The translations under genes and the position numbers were made by a program. A DNA stretch of 64,000 nucleotides from Spirochaetia bacterium (GTDB lineage Bacteria > Spirochaetota > Spirochaetia > DSM-2461). Numbering within the stretch: position 1 is the first letter of the stretch; the number at the start of each line of letters is the position of its first letter. Shown here one piece after another: positions 28,508-38,779 of this stretch. The notes under the pieces are model-generated. The model was not told the DNA's origin. It ran no database searches and saw only the letters and a list, made by a program, of their open reading frames with translations. The DNA lies in assembly GCA_963668315.1 (NCBI GenBank), contig OY764216.1, forward strand, positions 64,001-128,000, in the 5' to 3' direction.

Positions 28508-30901
28508 CTATTCGCGGCCCAGTATCTGGCGGATCTTTCTTCCCAGCTCTTCCCTGTTAAACGGCTTGCCCAGGAAATTCAGATTCTCTTCCAGAATACC
28601 CTGCCGGGAGATAACATCTCCGGTATAACCCGATATGAAAAGGCATTTTACTTCGGGATGAGTCTCTCTTACCTTGAGAAAAACCTCTTTCCCGTTCATT
28701 TCCGGCATAATGACATCGGTTATCAGCAAGTCGATTTTCTTCTCCGAAGTACCCAGCTCTACAGCCTTTTCGGCCTGCTGGTGGGCAATCACCCGATACC
28801 CCATCTTCACCAGCTGTTTTTTAATAACCGCCAGCATCGCTTCTTCATCTTCTACAAGGAGTATCGTCCCGCTCCCGGTAAGAAAGGGCGAATCATTTGG
28901 CTCATCACCGCCATCGGTTATGACGATGCCGTCGGCAGCCCGGGGAAAGTAAAGCTTGAAAACACTTCCCCTGCCCGGTTCGCTCTCCACATGGACCCAT
29001 CCCTTGTGCTGCACCATGATTCCGTAGATCATGGCAAGGCCTAGGCCGGTTCCCTGCCCTCTTTTCTTGGTGGTATAGAAGGGCTCGAAAATATGCTCCA
29101 GGGTGCTGCTGTCCATCCCATGTCCCGTATCACCGACGCTCAGAACTATATACTCCCCCTTTTTGAACCCTTCATGATTCCGGCAGTCGTCCTCATCGAC
29201 GTGAACATTCTCCGTGGCGATGGTGATTTTTCCTATCCCTTCTATGGCATCCTTGGCGTTGACGCATAAATTGGCCAGTATCTGGTCTATCTGTACCGGA
29301 TCGGCATAGAGGGAGCCCAATCCCTCCCGGGGATTCCATTCCAGTTCCACATTCTCTCCGATCAGGCGGCGGAGCATCTTCAGGACGGAATCCACGGCCT
29401 GATTCAAATTAATAATTCTCGGGGAGATGGTCTGTTTCCTGGCAAAAGCCAGGAGCTGCCTGGTCAGTTTTTCCGAGCGTTCGGCGGCATTCTGAATCTC
29501 CCTGACATATTCGCGAAGGGGATCATCTTCCGGAAGTTCATCGAGCATAAGGTCCGACTCGCCCAGTATCACACCGATCATATTGTTGAAATCGTGGGCG
29601 ACACCCCCGGCCAGACGGCCAACCGACTCCATCTTCTGAGCCTGGACCAGCTGTTTCTGCAGACTGATCCTCTCCGTGATATCCCTCCCGATACCCAGGA
29701 CTCCGATGATTTTTCCCTTGCCGTCATACATGGGGGCTTTTATGGTCTCTATCTGAAGAGAGCTGTCCGGGGAGATCGTTTTATTGTCGGTCAGATAAAG
29801 AACCGAGCTTCCCCCGTCTATGACCTTTCTGTCCATATCAATAAACGAGCGGGCGATTCGGTCCGGAAAAAGATCGAAATCGGTTGATCCGACGATCTCC
29901 TCTGCCTTCCTCCGGGATATTTCGGCATACTTTGCATTGCAGGAGAGATAGACGCCTTCCACATTTTTAAGCCAGATGGCATCGGGAATGGTATTTATGA
30001 GGGTTTCCTGAAAAACCTCGCGGGTTTCCGCTTCTTCCCTGGCCCTCTTCAGAGCCATCTCATGCTCCTTCTGCCTTCGCATGATCCTGGCCATGGCAAT
30101 ACCGAAGATAAGGCAGAAAAAGAGAAACACCATACGCACAAAGAGATTCGAACCGGGAACATCGCGTACAAAATAATCAATGAAGGTTCTGCCCTCAGTT
30201 CCGGTCGCAGTGAAATAAAGAGAATCGAGGAGCCAGTATACACCGCCCATGGCCAGGGAAAAACTGACCAGATAGCCTGTTCTTCTCTGATCCACCAGCA
30301 ATTCCAGGCGGAAAAAGCGCCTGACAGGATTCAAATTAAGCAGAATATCGGCCAATACTAGAAGCGCCAGGGCAACGCTTGCCTGTTTTAAAACAATAAA
30401 GAGGGAAAACTCCATGGGTATGGACACAGCCGAATCGGCCCCCCAGGCCCGGGGCGGGGGATTACGGCTTACGGCGAAACGGGTTACCGTTAAAATGTTA
30501 AGGGAGTTCAGCAGGCGAAAGGGAATCTCCGTGAGAAAAAGATTCACCAGTCCCGGGGTGATACCTTTCCGCTTCCGCCGCTCATTCCAGAAGCCGTGCC
30601 AGAGAATCCACAGAGTGAAGGGAGGAACCACAAAGAAAACGGCATAGCCGTTGGATGGTCCCCAGAGCCACCACATGGTCTGGCAGCCGCCGAAAAGGGC
30701 CGAGATGAGACCGTACTTCCAGCCCCAGCTCAGGGTAATGAGAAGAGGAAGCAGCAGCCCGAAGAGAACGGCTACTGTATACTCGCCGAATTGAAATATT
30801 ATGGTATGGAAATTTACGAAAAAGGCGATGATCCCGAAGAGCAGGGAAATGATGATTTTATAAATGGCAAGACGCTTTTCCCGGACCAAATTATTCCTCA
30901 T
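28508..30901 (-). CDS. Membrane PAS hybrid histidine kinase/receiver
   Basis: Multi-TM N-terminus, PAS, AGGVAHDFNN, NAKDA, GTGLGL, C-terminal REC (TDVIMP). Confidence 0.93.
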   Translation of the reverse strand: MRNNLVREKRLAIYKIIISLLFGIIAFFVNFHTIIFQFGEYTVAVLFGLLLPLLITLSWGWKYGLISALFGGCQTMWWLWGPSNGYAVFFVVPPFTLWILWHGFWNERRKRKGITPGLVNLFLTEIPFRLLNSLNILTVTRFAVSRNPPPRAWGADSAVSIPMEFSLFIVLKQASVALALLVLADILLNLNPVRRFFRLELLVDQRRTGYLVSFSLAMGGVYWLLDSLYFTATGTEGRTFIDYFVRDVPGSNLFVRMVFLFFCLIFGIAMARIMRRQKEHEMALKRAREEAETREVFQETLINTIPDAIWLKNVEGVYLSCNAKYAEISRRKAEEIVGSTDFDLFPDRIARSFIDMDRKVIDGGSSVLYLTDNKTISPDSSLQIETIKAPMYDGKGKIIGVLGIGRDITERISLQKQLVQAQKMESVGRLAGGVAHDFNNMIGVILGESDLMLDELPEDDPLREYVREIQNAAERSEKLTRQLLAFARKQTISPRIINLNQAVDSVLKMLRRLIGENVELEWNPREGLGSLYADPVQIDQILANLCVNAKDAIEGIGKITIATENVHVDEDDCRNHEGFKKGEYIVLSVGDTGHGMDSSTLEHIFEPFYTTKKRGQGTGLGLAMIYGIMVQHKGWVHVESEPGRGSVFKLYFPRAADGIVITDGGDEPNDSPFLTGSGTILLVEDEEAMLAVIKKQLVKMGYRVIAHQQAEKAVELGTSEKKIDLLITDVIMPEMNGKEVFLKVRETHPEVKCLFISGYTGDVISRQGILEENLNFLGKPFNREELGRKIRQILGRE

Positions 30902-30975
30902 TTACATAGTATAAGTTTACACGTCAAGGGAGGAAATTACAAATTTACCGTTAATAAAAGAGTGGTCCCCGGCCC

Positions 30976-31542
30976 CTAGCCGGAAACAGGAGCATACCTG
31001 AAACACTCCGTCTCATGGTCATTCACCATGCCCACGGCCTGCATGTAGGCGTAAATAATCACCGGTCCCACAAAGGTCATCCCCCGGGTCTTCAAATCCT
31101 TTGAGATTTCACGGGACAGTTCAGTTTCGGCGGGGACGTCTGCGGAAGAGGTAAAGCGGTTAATCAGGGGGACTCCGTCGGTAAAATGCCAGAAATAGGC
31201 GTCAAAGCTCCCCCACTCCTGCTGAATATCCAGAAAAACCCGGGCATTATTAATGATGGCCCGAATCTTCAGCCTGTTTCTGATAATCCCGGGATTCTGC
31301 ATCAGGACGGAGATTTTCTCCTCATCGTAGGTGATAATTTTAGCGGCCTGAAAATTATCAAAGGCTTCCCGGTAACTCTCCCGCCTTCTGAGAATGGAAA
31401 GCCAGCTTAACCCGGCCTGCATTCCTTCCAGGCAGAGCATCTCGAAAAGATGCCGGTCGTCATGGACGGGAACACCCCACTCCTTGTCGTGATAGGCCGT
31501 GTATTCGGGAATATGGGCGGGACACCAGGCGCAGCGCTTCAT
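30976..31542 (-). CDS. tag: DNA-3-methyladenine glycosylase I
   Basis: RCAW, YHD.EWG, LEGMQAGLSW, IIRNRLKI, NDH...C. Confidence 0.96.
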   Translation of the reverse strand: MKRCAWCPAHIPEYTAYHDKEWGVPVHDDRHLFEMLCLEGMQAGLSWLSILRRRESYREAFDNFQAAKIITYDEEKISVLMQNPGIIRNRLKIRAIINNARVFLDIQQEWGSFDAYFWHFTDGVPLINRFTSSADVPAETELSREISKDLKTRGMTFVGPVIIYAYMQAVGMVNDHETECFRYAPVSG

Positions 31543-31832
31543 CAGAAATGGTCCTTCGGATGACGGCTTGTCCTCCTTTGAAGACGGAGAGCCCTCTTTT
31601 TGAAATGGGTACGGGAATCTTCCATGGGGATGAATTCCCCTTTATACGTAAGGCCGCCGTCCACGGCTACCGCCTCAAAGGATTTATGGAGTTCCGTAAG
31701 GGAAACTTCCTCGGCCTGGCGGTTATAGAGGCGGGCGATTTTCCCATCCCCGTCCCTCTCTATCCAAAGCATTTCGTGAAAACGGGAGATACCGCTTACC
31801 GATTCAAGCCTATCCAGATCGACTTTACCCAC
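31542..31832 (-). CDS. Hypothetical protein
   Basis: 96 aa ORF fitting between DUF368 and tag, with a 1-nt stop/start overlap. Confidence 0.6.
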   Translation of the reverse strand: MGKVDLDRLESVSGISRFHEMLWIERDGDGKIARLYNRQAEEVSLTELHKSFEAVAVDGGLTYKGEFIPMEDSRTHFKKRALRLQRRTSRHPKDHF

Positions 31833-31841
31833 AGCCCCGCC

Positions 31842-32654
31842 CTACCTGTCGCCGAGGAAGTAGCCGGCCGCGATTCCCAGGGGAATGAAAATCAGGCTCA
31901 GGATTCCCGCTCCGCCGCCGGCCACTCCGGGCCACAGAGCAACAATGGAACCGAATACCAGACCGAAGATAACGCTGTAGGTTACTTTGGGGAATCGTTT
32001 CAGACAAAAGCTCATAATCCGGGCGACACCCAGAATCCCCACGGCGACTCCGAGACCGGCGATAATAAGAATGGAGAAATTCAAATCATTCACAGCGGCG
32101 ATAAAGGTAGTGTACATGCCCATCAGAAGAAGAAGAAAGGAACCGCTGACGCCGGGAATGATCATGGCCGCCGCACCCGCCGCTCCGGCCAGGAAAATAA
32201 GCAGGCCCGATGAAGCGGTCAGAGTCCTGATCGGTTCACTCTCCCCCGGTTCGGCGGAAAGTCCCATAATAACAACAAGGACAAAGGCGGCGACGAAGGC
32301 GATTACCCAGGAAACACGGATTTTCTTTCCGAAGTCCGCTTTCTTCCAGAGAAAGGGAACACCCCCAAGGATCAAACCGACAAAGGAATAAAGCGTCTGG
32401 AACGGATAATTCTCGAAAAGGAATTCAATAAGATGGGCGAAAATGAGAATCCCGGCCCCGGCTCCGACAATGAGAACCGCCAGGAACTTCCAGGATTTGA
32501 TAAAATGGGATATGGATTCCATCATCTCGTCATAAATACCCGTTACCACGGCAATCGTTCCGCCCGAGACTCCCGGAACCGTATTGGCCACACCGATCAG
32601 GGCACCCTTTCCCAATAAACCGAAATATTGTTTCAATGACCTTTTTTCAGACAT
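31842..32654 (-). CDS. DUF368 family membrane protein (putative undecaprenyl-phosphate translocase)
   Basis: Duplicated PGVSGG / PGVSGS motifs. Confidence 0.92.
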   Translation of the reverse strand: MSEKRSLKQYFGLLGKGALIGVANTVPGVSGGTIAVVTGIYDEMMESISHFIKSWKFLAVLIVGAGAGILIFAHLIEFLFENYPFQTLYSFVGLILGGVPFLWKKADFGKKIRVSWVIAFVAAFVLVVIMGLSAEPGESEPIRTLTASSGLLIFLAGAAGAAAMIIPGVSGSFLLLLMGMYTTFIAAVNDLNFSILIIAGLGVAVGILGVARIMSFCLKRFPKVTYSVIFGLVFGSIVALWPGVAGGGAGILSLIFIPLGIAAGYFLGDR

Positions 32655-32755
32655 GAATCATCCTTTTTTTATTATAGGAGATAAGTATAGCCCCTTTTCT
32701 GCCAATAAACATCCCCCCGATTGATTTTTCCCTGAACCCACCCTATATTTCCCCT

Positions 32756-33997
32756 ATGGATGAGAAAAAATATTTCTTTGACTGCCACTGCCATACGATG
32801 ACTCTTGCCCAGCCCAATATGGCCTCTTTTCTGGAGAATATTCTCCACAATGCCGCCCCGGATCTTCTCAGAAGCCTGGCGAGCGACATCAATTTCAATC
32901 ACAATCAGGGGGCCCGGCAGAGCCTGAACAACATCATGAATCTGGCGGCGCTGGTTCAGAATGACCTGGACGGCATCTTCACAATCATGGAAGACGATCT
33001 CAAAGGAAAATTCGGGGGAGATCCCCTGGCCGACGATAAGGGGATTAACGTGGGGGGGCACCATTATGACGGCCTTATCATTACTCCACTCCTCATGGAT
33101 TTCAGGGCCCTTCCCGATGCCCCCAATTCCACCTACTATCCTCAGCCGAAGAAAGAGATACGCACGGCCATAAATGAATATGCCTATGCGATCAGAAAAT
33201 ACTACAAGACAAGGCCGAACGGCCTGCTCCAGATCTACCCCTTCCTGGGTATAAACACAAAGGCCTACTCCTACGCAGAAGTTGAAAAGCTGCTGGACGA
33301 GAGCTTCTCCCTGTATACGGGCAGTCTCTCCTCCATCAGAAGCAACAAACTGTACACCCTGGCGGCGGGAAAACTGGCGCCCTCCCGCATGTTCGGCGGA
33401 TTAAAGCTCTATCCTCCCATGGGATTCGATCCCTGGCCTGAGGAGGGAGAGGAGAGAAGGAAAGTCTGCCTCCTGTATGAATACGCCCAGCACAAACGCA
33501 TACCCATAACGGCTCACTGCAATGAGTCGGGATATATCACGGTGGATTACAAGACGGCCCATATCTATACTTCTCCGGACCGTTGGGTGCCGGTCCTGGA
33601 AAACTACCCCGAACTCATACTCAACCTGGCCCATATGGGATACCGGGAAAAATCTGTCCCCGAAATCCTGACCAGCAAACTGAGCGGCAGGAAAGAGAGC
33701 ACATGGACCGAAAAGATTCTCAGGCTCATAAGGGAATACCCCCACGTATACACGGATATCTCCTATGCGGGCGTGAAAATCGAGTTCTACCGGTTCCTTC
33801 ACAAACTCCTGCAGGAACAGGAACTGCACAGGAGGGAAATCGAGGATAAGATTCTTTTCGGGACGGACTTCATGATCAATCTGTCCAACATCCCCAGCTA
33901 CAGGGATTACTATGCCCTTTTTGACGATTCTCCCCTGACGGGGATACAAAAAAACCGGTTCGGATCAATTAATCCTCGCCGGTTTCTGAATATGTAA
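32756..33997 (+). CDS. Amidohydrolase family protein
   Basis: DCHCH, KLYPPMG, AHC, LAHMG, TDIS, LFGTDF. Confidence 0.88.
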   Translation: MDEKKYFFDCHCHTMTLAQPNMASFLENILHNAAPDLLRSLASDINFNHNQGARQSLNNIMNLAALVQNDLDGIFTIMEDDLKGKFGGDPLADDKGINVGGHHYDGLIITPLLMDFRALPDAPNSTYYPQPKKEIRTAINEYAYAIRKYYKTRPNGLLQIYPFLGINTKAYSYAEVEKLLDESFSLYTGSLSSIRSNKLYTLAAGKLAPSRMFGGLKLYPPMGFDPWPEEGEERRKVCLLYEYAQHKRIPITAHCNESGYITVDYKTAHIYTSPDRWVPVLENYPELILNLAHMGYREKSVPEILTSKLSGRKESTWTEKILRLIREYPHVYTDISYAGVKIEFYRFLHKLLQEQELHRREIEDKILFGTDFMINLSNIPSYRDYYALFDDSPLTGIQKNRFGSINPRRFLNM

Positions 33998-34007
33998 CAG
34001 GATAGTA

Positions 34008-34637
34008 TCAGCCGCCGCAGCAGCCGGAACCGCTGCCGCCGCAGCACTCGTGGTCTTCGCCGTGGGAATGGCCGCCGCAGCACTCATGGTCTTCCCCATG
34101 ATCGTGACCGCATCCGCAGCCATCACCTGCGCCGTGATCATGTCCGCAGCCGCATTCATGATCATGATGGTGATGCTCAGCGGAAAAACTCTCCCTGTCC
34201 TCGTCGGTGGTTTCCCTTACCTCAATGATTTTTAATTCAAAGGTAACGTCCATCCCGGAATAGGGGTGATTTCCGTCTACTGTCACTTCGTCATCGGTGA
34301 GTTCGGTAATAGCCACCAGAATGGGCTCGCCGTTGGTATCGTGAGTCTGAAACTCATCACCCACGGCAATATCACCGAGTTCGGCAAATTCCGAACGGGG
34401 CAGAGTCACAACAAGCTGTTCGTTTCTGGGGCCGAAGGCTTCAGCCATACTGAGCTCTACGGAGAACTCATCTCCCGCTTCCTGCCCTTCCAGCTCCTTT
34501 TCCAGAGCGTCGAGCATCATGCCCTCTCCATGTATATAAGCAATCTTACCGTCGCCGCTGGTAGACTCCAGCAGTTCCCTTTCTTTGTTAAACAAATCAT
34601 ATTCCAAAAAAACTGTCGTTCCCGATCCTATTTTCAT
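34008..34637 (-). CDS. slyD: FKBP-type PPIase with His/Cys-rich tail
   Basis: YIHG, AFG, VDGNHP.SG; tail of HEC(C)G repeats. Confidence 0.92.
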   Translation of the reverse strand: MKIGSGTTVFLEYDLFNKERELLESTSGDGKIAYIHGEGMMLDALEKELEGQEAGDEFSVELSMAEAFGPRNEQLVVTLPRSEFAELGDIAVGDEFQTHDTNGEPILVAITELTDDEVTVDGNHPYSGMDVTFELKIIEVRETTDEDRESFSAEHHHHDHECGCGHDHGAGDGCGCGHDHGEDHECCGGHSHGEDHECCGGSGSGCCGG

Positions 34638-34765
34638 CTATCCTCCGCTGCCGCGGGAAGCGGCAATTGTTAAGTAAGAAGATAAAGTTTTTTTTGGCAA
34701 CAGTAAAGGAAAAAAAATGGTAAATCCATATAAAAAGAATAATAATTAAGGAAGAGGTAAGAAAG

Positions 34766-36718
34766 ATGAATCTAAAAAAACAATTTGTATTAATTACAGG
34801 AATCCCTTCTATAGGTTTAATAATAATACTGGCTGTCGGTCTTTTCGGATTTTCCCGCATAAGGACCGGCATAAATGAGTTAACCAGCATCCAGACCGAT
34901 TACAGCACGATATCCAACGCGGACAGGGACGCCTACCAGGTTCTGGTAAGCGAAACCGGTGCGGTTGCCAGCACCACCAGAGAGGAACTGGAGCAGCAGA
35001 ACGGGGATAATCTGGAAAACCTGGACCAGGTATGGGACAGAATAGAGGGAATCAGCGCCGATTTCACAGGCGAAAGGCTCAGACTATTTAACGAATTCAC
35101 AAAGTTCTATGACGACTGGAAGTCCCATTCACGGGCTGTGCTTGATCAGTCGCTCAGGATTTTCGAAGATGAGATGGCCACGGTGCAGGCCGCCGAATCG
35201 GCCCAGGAGTTCTTCGATCTCATGAGGGAGAACATCGATCTTCTGGGAGAAGAAATCCGCCTTCTTCTGGATACGAACCTTACCCTCAGCCGGCGAAGAG
35301 CCGTGGAAGAGGCCCAGTCACTGATCCTTAACGGCGACAGGGATGCCTACCAGGCCTATGTCCTGCTTCTGAGAACACCCGAATCGCGAAGCCAGGAGGA
35401 ACTGGCCCAGTTCACCGCCGATGCCGAGGAAAATATCGGCCAGACCGGGGAAAGAGTTCTGCAGGCCGCCCGGATAGCAGGGCTGGAAACAGAGCAGGTG
35501 ACGCAGAATTTCCAGAGGTATTTTGATCTGTGGTCAGCGGAAAATGCAAAGTATTTCACTATCCACGGAGAGATTTTTGAGGACCAGACTATCCGCCGGG
35601 AGGAACAAAGACAGAGCGGAGAGAGCTTTGCGGCGATGAGAGGAATCATTGACCAGTTGGGAGAAGTCCAGAATCAGCTGGCCCGCAATACGGTGGACTC
35701 CCTCATGCTCAGCATGAACAGGATAACCCTTCTCTACATCATAGTCACGGTTCTGGCAACCACACTGGCCGTTTCCATATCCATGTACATTTCCCAAAGT
35801 ATTCTCACATCCATACGCCATAATATCGAGTGGGCGGAAACCATAAAGAATGGCGACTTGTCCCAGAATATTCATTCCAGCAGAAAGGACGAACTGGGGG
35901 ATCTGTCACGGGTATTTGCCTCGATGAACGAAAAGCTGGCCGGAGTTCTGCGTTCGGTAAGGGAATCCTCGGCCCACGTGGCGGGGGGCAGCCAGCAGCT
36001 GTCATCAAGCGCCCAGCAGCTTTCTTCGGGGGCGACAGAGCAGGCCTCATCAACGGAAGAAGTATCTTCCACCATGGAAGAGATGTCCGCCGGAATGGCC
36101 CACAGCAACGATAATTCCCAGAAGGCGCGGGAATTCGCCCGGAGCGTATCCTCCAAGGCGATGGAGAGCGGTAAGGCGGTCAAGCAGACCGTATCGGCCA
36201 TGGATGAAATAGCCGAAAAAATCAATGTCATCAGCGAGATTGCACGGCAGACAAACATGCTGGCCCTGAATGCCGCCATTGAAGCGGCCCGCGCGGGGGA
36301 AGCGGGAAAGGGATTTGCCGTGGTTGCGGCGGAAGTCAAAAAACTGGCGGAGGTTTCGGGCGATTCAGCCATATCGATTACCGACCTGACCCGCGATTCT
36401 CTCAGCGTGGCCAGCCGGGCGGGAGAGCTGATAGACACCCTTGTGGAAGAGATCGGCATGACCTCCGAACTGGTGGAAGAGATATCCGAAGCCAGCCGGG
36501 AACAGACCACCGGCATGGAACAGGTCAATACGGCGATCCTCCAGCTTGATAAAATAACCCAGCAGAATGCCGCCGCTTCGGAAGAGATTGCCTCCACCTC
36601 GGAAGAGCTTAACTCACAGGCCCAGTTCCTGTCCAATGAGATCGCCTACTTTACCATAGACAGGGGACAGGTGGCGGACAATAAAATGGAATACCTTCCC
36701 TATCCGGAAGAAGAATAA
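34766..36718 (+). CDS. Methyl-accepting chemotaxis protein
   Basis: Two TMs, duplicated periplasmic N.DRDAYQ module, HAMP, QTNMLALNAAIEAARAGEAGKGFAVVA. Confidence 0.95.
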   Translation: MNLKKQFVLITGIPSIGLIIILAVGLFGFSRIRTGINELTSIQTDYSTISNADRDAYQVLVSETGAVASTTREELEQQNGDNLENLDQVWDRIEGISADFTGERLRLFNEFTKFYDDWKSHSRAVLDQSLRIFEDEMATVQAAESAQEFFDLMRENIDLLGEEIRLLLDTNLTLSRRRAVEEAQSLILNGDRDAYQAYVLLLRTPESRSQEELAQFTADAEENIGQTGERVLQAARIAGLETEQVTQNFQRYFDLWSAENAKYFTIHGEIFEDQTIRREEQRQSGESFAAMRGIIDQLGEVQNQLARNTVDSLMLSMNRITLLYIIVTVLATTLAVSISMYISQSILTSIRHNIEWAETIKNGDLSQNIHSSRKDELGDLSRVFASMNEKLAGVLRSVRESSAHVAGGSQQLSSSAQQLSSGATEQASSTEEVSSTMEEMSAGMAHSNDNSQKAREFARSVSSKAMESGKAVKQTVSAMDEIAEKINVISEIARQTNMLALNAAIEAARAGEAGKGFAVVAAEVKKLAEVSGDSAISITDLTRDSLSVASRAGELIDTLVEEIGMTSELVEEISEASREQTTGMEQVNTAILQLDKITQQNAAASEEIASTSEELNSQAQFLSNEIAYFTIDRGQVADNKMEYLPYPEEE

Positions 36719-36733
36719 AAGGAGTCTGAAGCA

Positions 36734-37603
36734 TTGATACCAAAAGCGCCATTTGGAAGAACGGGACATGAGAGCAGCCGGGTACTCTTCGGAGGGGCCG
36801 CTCTGGCCGAAGAGAACCAGGCCGATTCGGATAAAACCCTGGAACTGCTGTTTGAGTATGGAATAAACCATATTGATACGGCGGCCAGTTACGGCGAGGC
36901 GGAACTGAGGATCGGCCCGTGGATGGCCAGGTACAGGGATAAATTCTTTCTGGCCACCAAGACGGAAAAGAGAACCTACAAGGGAGCCTGGGAAGAACTG
37001 GAAAATTCCCGACGCAGGCTACAGTCCGATGTGATTGATCTGTGGCAGATGCATGTTCTGGTGGATGAAGAGGGATGGCAGACCGCCATGGGACCGGACG
37101 GGGCTCTCAAGGCTTTTATGGAAGCAAGGGAGAAGGGATATGTCCGCTTCCTGGGAGTGACGGGACACGGAGTCCAGGCTCCCGATTATCATCTCCGCAG
37201 CCTGGAGAAGTATGACTTTGATGCGGTCCTCCTCCCCTGGAACTACTCCATGTCCCTTAATGAAGAGTACAGGAAGCGGTTTGACGATCTGGCCGGACTG
37301 TGCCGTGAAAAGGAGATAGCCCTCCAGACGATAAAGAGCCTATGCCGCCGTCCCTGGCCTGAGGGTGTCAAAACCCGAAAAACATGGTATGAACCTCTCG
37401 AGGACAAAGATGATATCGCTCTGGCCGTTTCCTATATTCTGGGAAACAGTCAGATGTTTCTCAACTCCGTGGGAGATATACGGATACTGCCCCTCGTTCT
37501 GAAAGGGGCTGAAGCTTTCGGAAAGGGAGTAATATCCCCTCCGGACGGGGACAGAATGAAGCAGCTGGCGGCGGCACGGGACATGGAACCTCTGTTTCGT
37601 TAA
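36734..37603 (+). CDS. Aldo/keto reductase
   Basis: FGRTG, GINHIDTA.SYG, LATK, DLWQMH, GVTGH. Confidence 0.92.
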   Translation: MIPKAPFGRTGHESSRVLFGGAALAEENQADSDKTLELLFEYGINHIDTAASYGEAELRIGPWMARYRDKFFLATKTEKRTYKGAWEELENSRRRLQSDVIDLWQMHVLVDEEGWQTAMGPDGALKAFMEAREKGYVRFLGVTGHGVQAPDYHLRSLEKYDFDAVLLPWNYSMSLNEEYRKRFDDLAGLCREKEIALQTIKSLCRRPWPEGVKTRKTWYEPLEDKDDIALAVSYILGNSQMFLNSVGDIRILPLVLKGAEAFGKGVISPPDGDRMKQLAAARDMEPLFR

Positions 37604-37635
37604 AATGGAAGGGGACTCAGACTAATTACAAGGAA

Positions 37636-38310
37636 ATGGATATGAAAAAGGGAATAATATTTCTTCTTCTGCTCTGCCTGGTCATGGCGGGGCTGTTCGG
37701 CTTTGATGAATCGGTTTTAAACCGCATCACATTTATCAACAGGACGGGTGTGGATATCTGGTATATATTCCTCTCCCCGGGGGACAGCAGCGAATGGGGC
37801 CTGGATATACTCGGTTCGGAACGGATGCTCTCGGACAACAACCTTTTAAGCTTCTATATTTCCTACCCGGATTATGAAAACTATTTCGACATCATGGCCA
37901 TAGACAGCGAGGGGAATGCTTTTATCCTTTACGATGAGCTTATCTCCGACGACGGAGAATCGGATATCATCATCAGGGAAGGAGACCTGAACGAGGATTA
38001 CGGAACCATGAATTTCGTGGAAGTGGCCTTTACCAACGACACGGACTATGAGATGTATTACACCTTTGTCTCTCCCAGCGACTCGGAGATGTGGGGTGTG
38101 GATATGATGGATGACGAACAGACTCTTCCGCCCGGAGAAACCCTTTATCTCCTGGCGCCCTATGGAGATGAGGTATCGTCCTACGATGTAATGGCCGTGG
38201 ATACCGATCTGGACGAATACCAGTTCTCCTTTGATATCGATCCTTCTGATCTGGAGCCGGATGAAACACTGAGCTATCTCATCGAGTACAGCGATCTTAT
38301 TACGGAATAG
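37636..38310 (+). CDS. Exported acidic protein with two tandem repeat domains
   Basis: Signal peptide; two copies of F.N.T....Y.F.SP.DS..WG.D. Confidence 0.8.
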   Translation: MDMKKGIIFLLLLCLVMAGLFGFDESVLNRITFINRTGVDIWYIFLSPGDSSEWGLDILGSERMLSDNNLLSFYISYPDYENYFDIMAIDSEGNAFILYDELISDDGESDIIIREGDLNEDYGTMNFVEVAFTNDTDYEMYYTFVSPSDSEMWGVDMMDDEQTLPPGETLYLLAPYGDEVSSYDVMAVDTDLDEYQFSFDIDPSDLEPDETLSYLIEYSDLITE

Positions 38311-38321
38311 ACCGGAAGATT

Positions 38322-38768
38322 CTACTCGCCCTGGATCTGAAACCAGAGTTTCCTCTGCCGGGGACCTGTGTCGCACTCCACAAGGAAGATATTCTGCCAG
38401 GGGCCGAGCATGACCTCTCCCCCCAGCACGGGGAGGGAGAGAGAATGATTCAGCAGAAGAGACCTCAGGTGGCTGGAACCGTTATCGTCATGCCAGGTTT
38501 CATGATGCCTGTAGGGCGTCCCGTCGGAGAATCCCGGTCCGTAGGGAATACCCAGGGACTTCTCAAAAAGATAGTTCAGATCATGGGTCATGATCCCCGG
38601 TTCGTCCTCGGTCACGATCAGAGCCGCCACGCAGCCGGCGACAAATACCATGACATACCCCTCTTCTATCCCGCTCTTTCCGACAAAATCACGGATATGA
38701 TCGTCAAGCAGAATGCTGTCCATGCGGCCCTTCAGTTCATAGGTCCGGCTCTTTGTATATACGGCCAT
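38322..38768 (-). CDS. yjbQ: YjbQ/UPF0047 family protein
   Basis: Start MAVYTKS after GAGGAG; Y.HH...DNG.SH, LG.WQ.IF..E.D..PR.R. Confidence 0.88.
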   Translation of the reverse strand: MAVYTKSRTYELKGRMDSILLDDHIRDFVGKSGIEEGYVMVFVAGCVAALIVTEDEPGIMTHDLNYLFEKSLGIPYGPGFSDGTPYRHHETWHDDNGSSHLRSLLLNHSLSLPVLGGEVMLGPWQNIFLVECDTGPRQRKLWFQIQGE

Positions 38769-38779
38769 CGGCACACTCC

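Noticed and set aside
34008..34180. Short repeated DNA units
   Set aside because: They encode the normal His/Cys-rich SlyD tail; not CRISPR.
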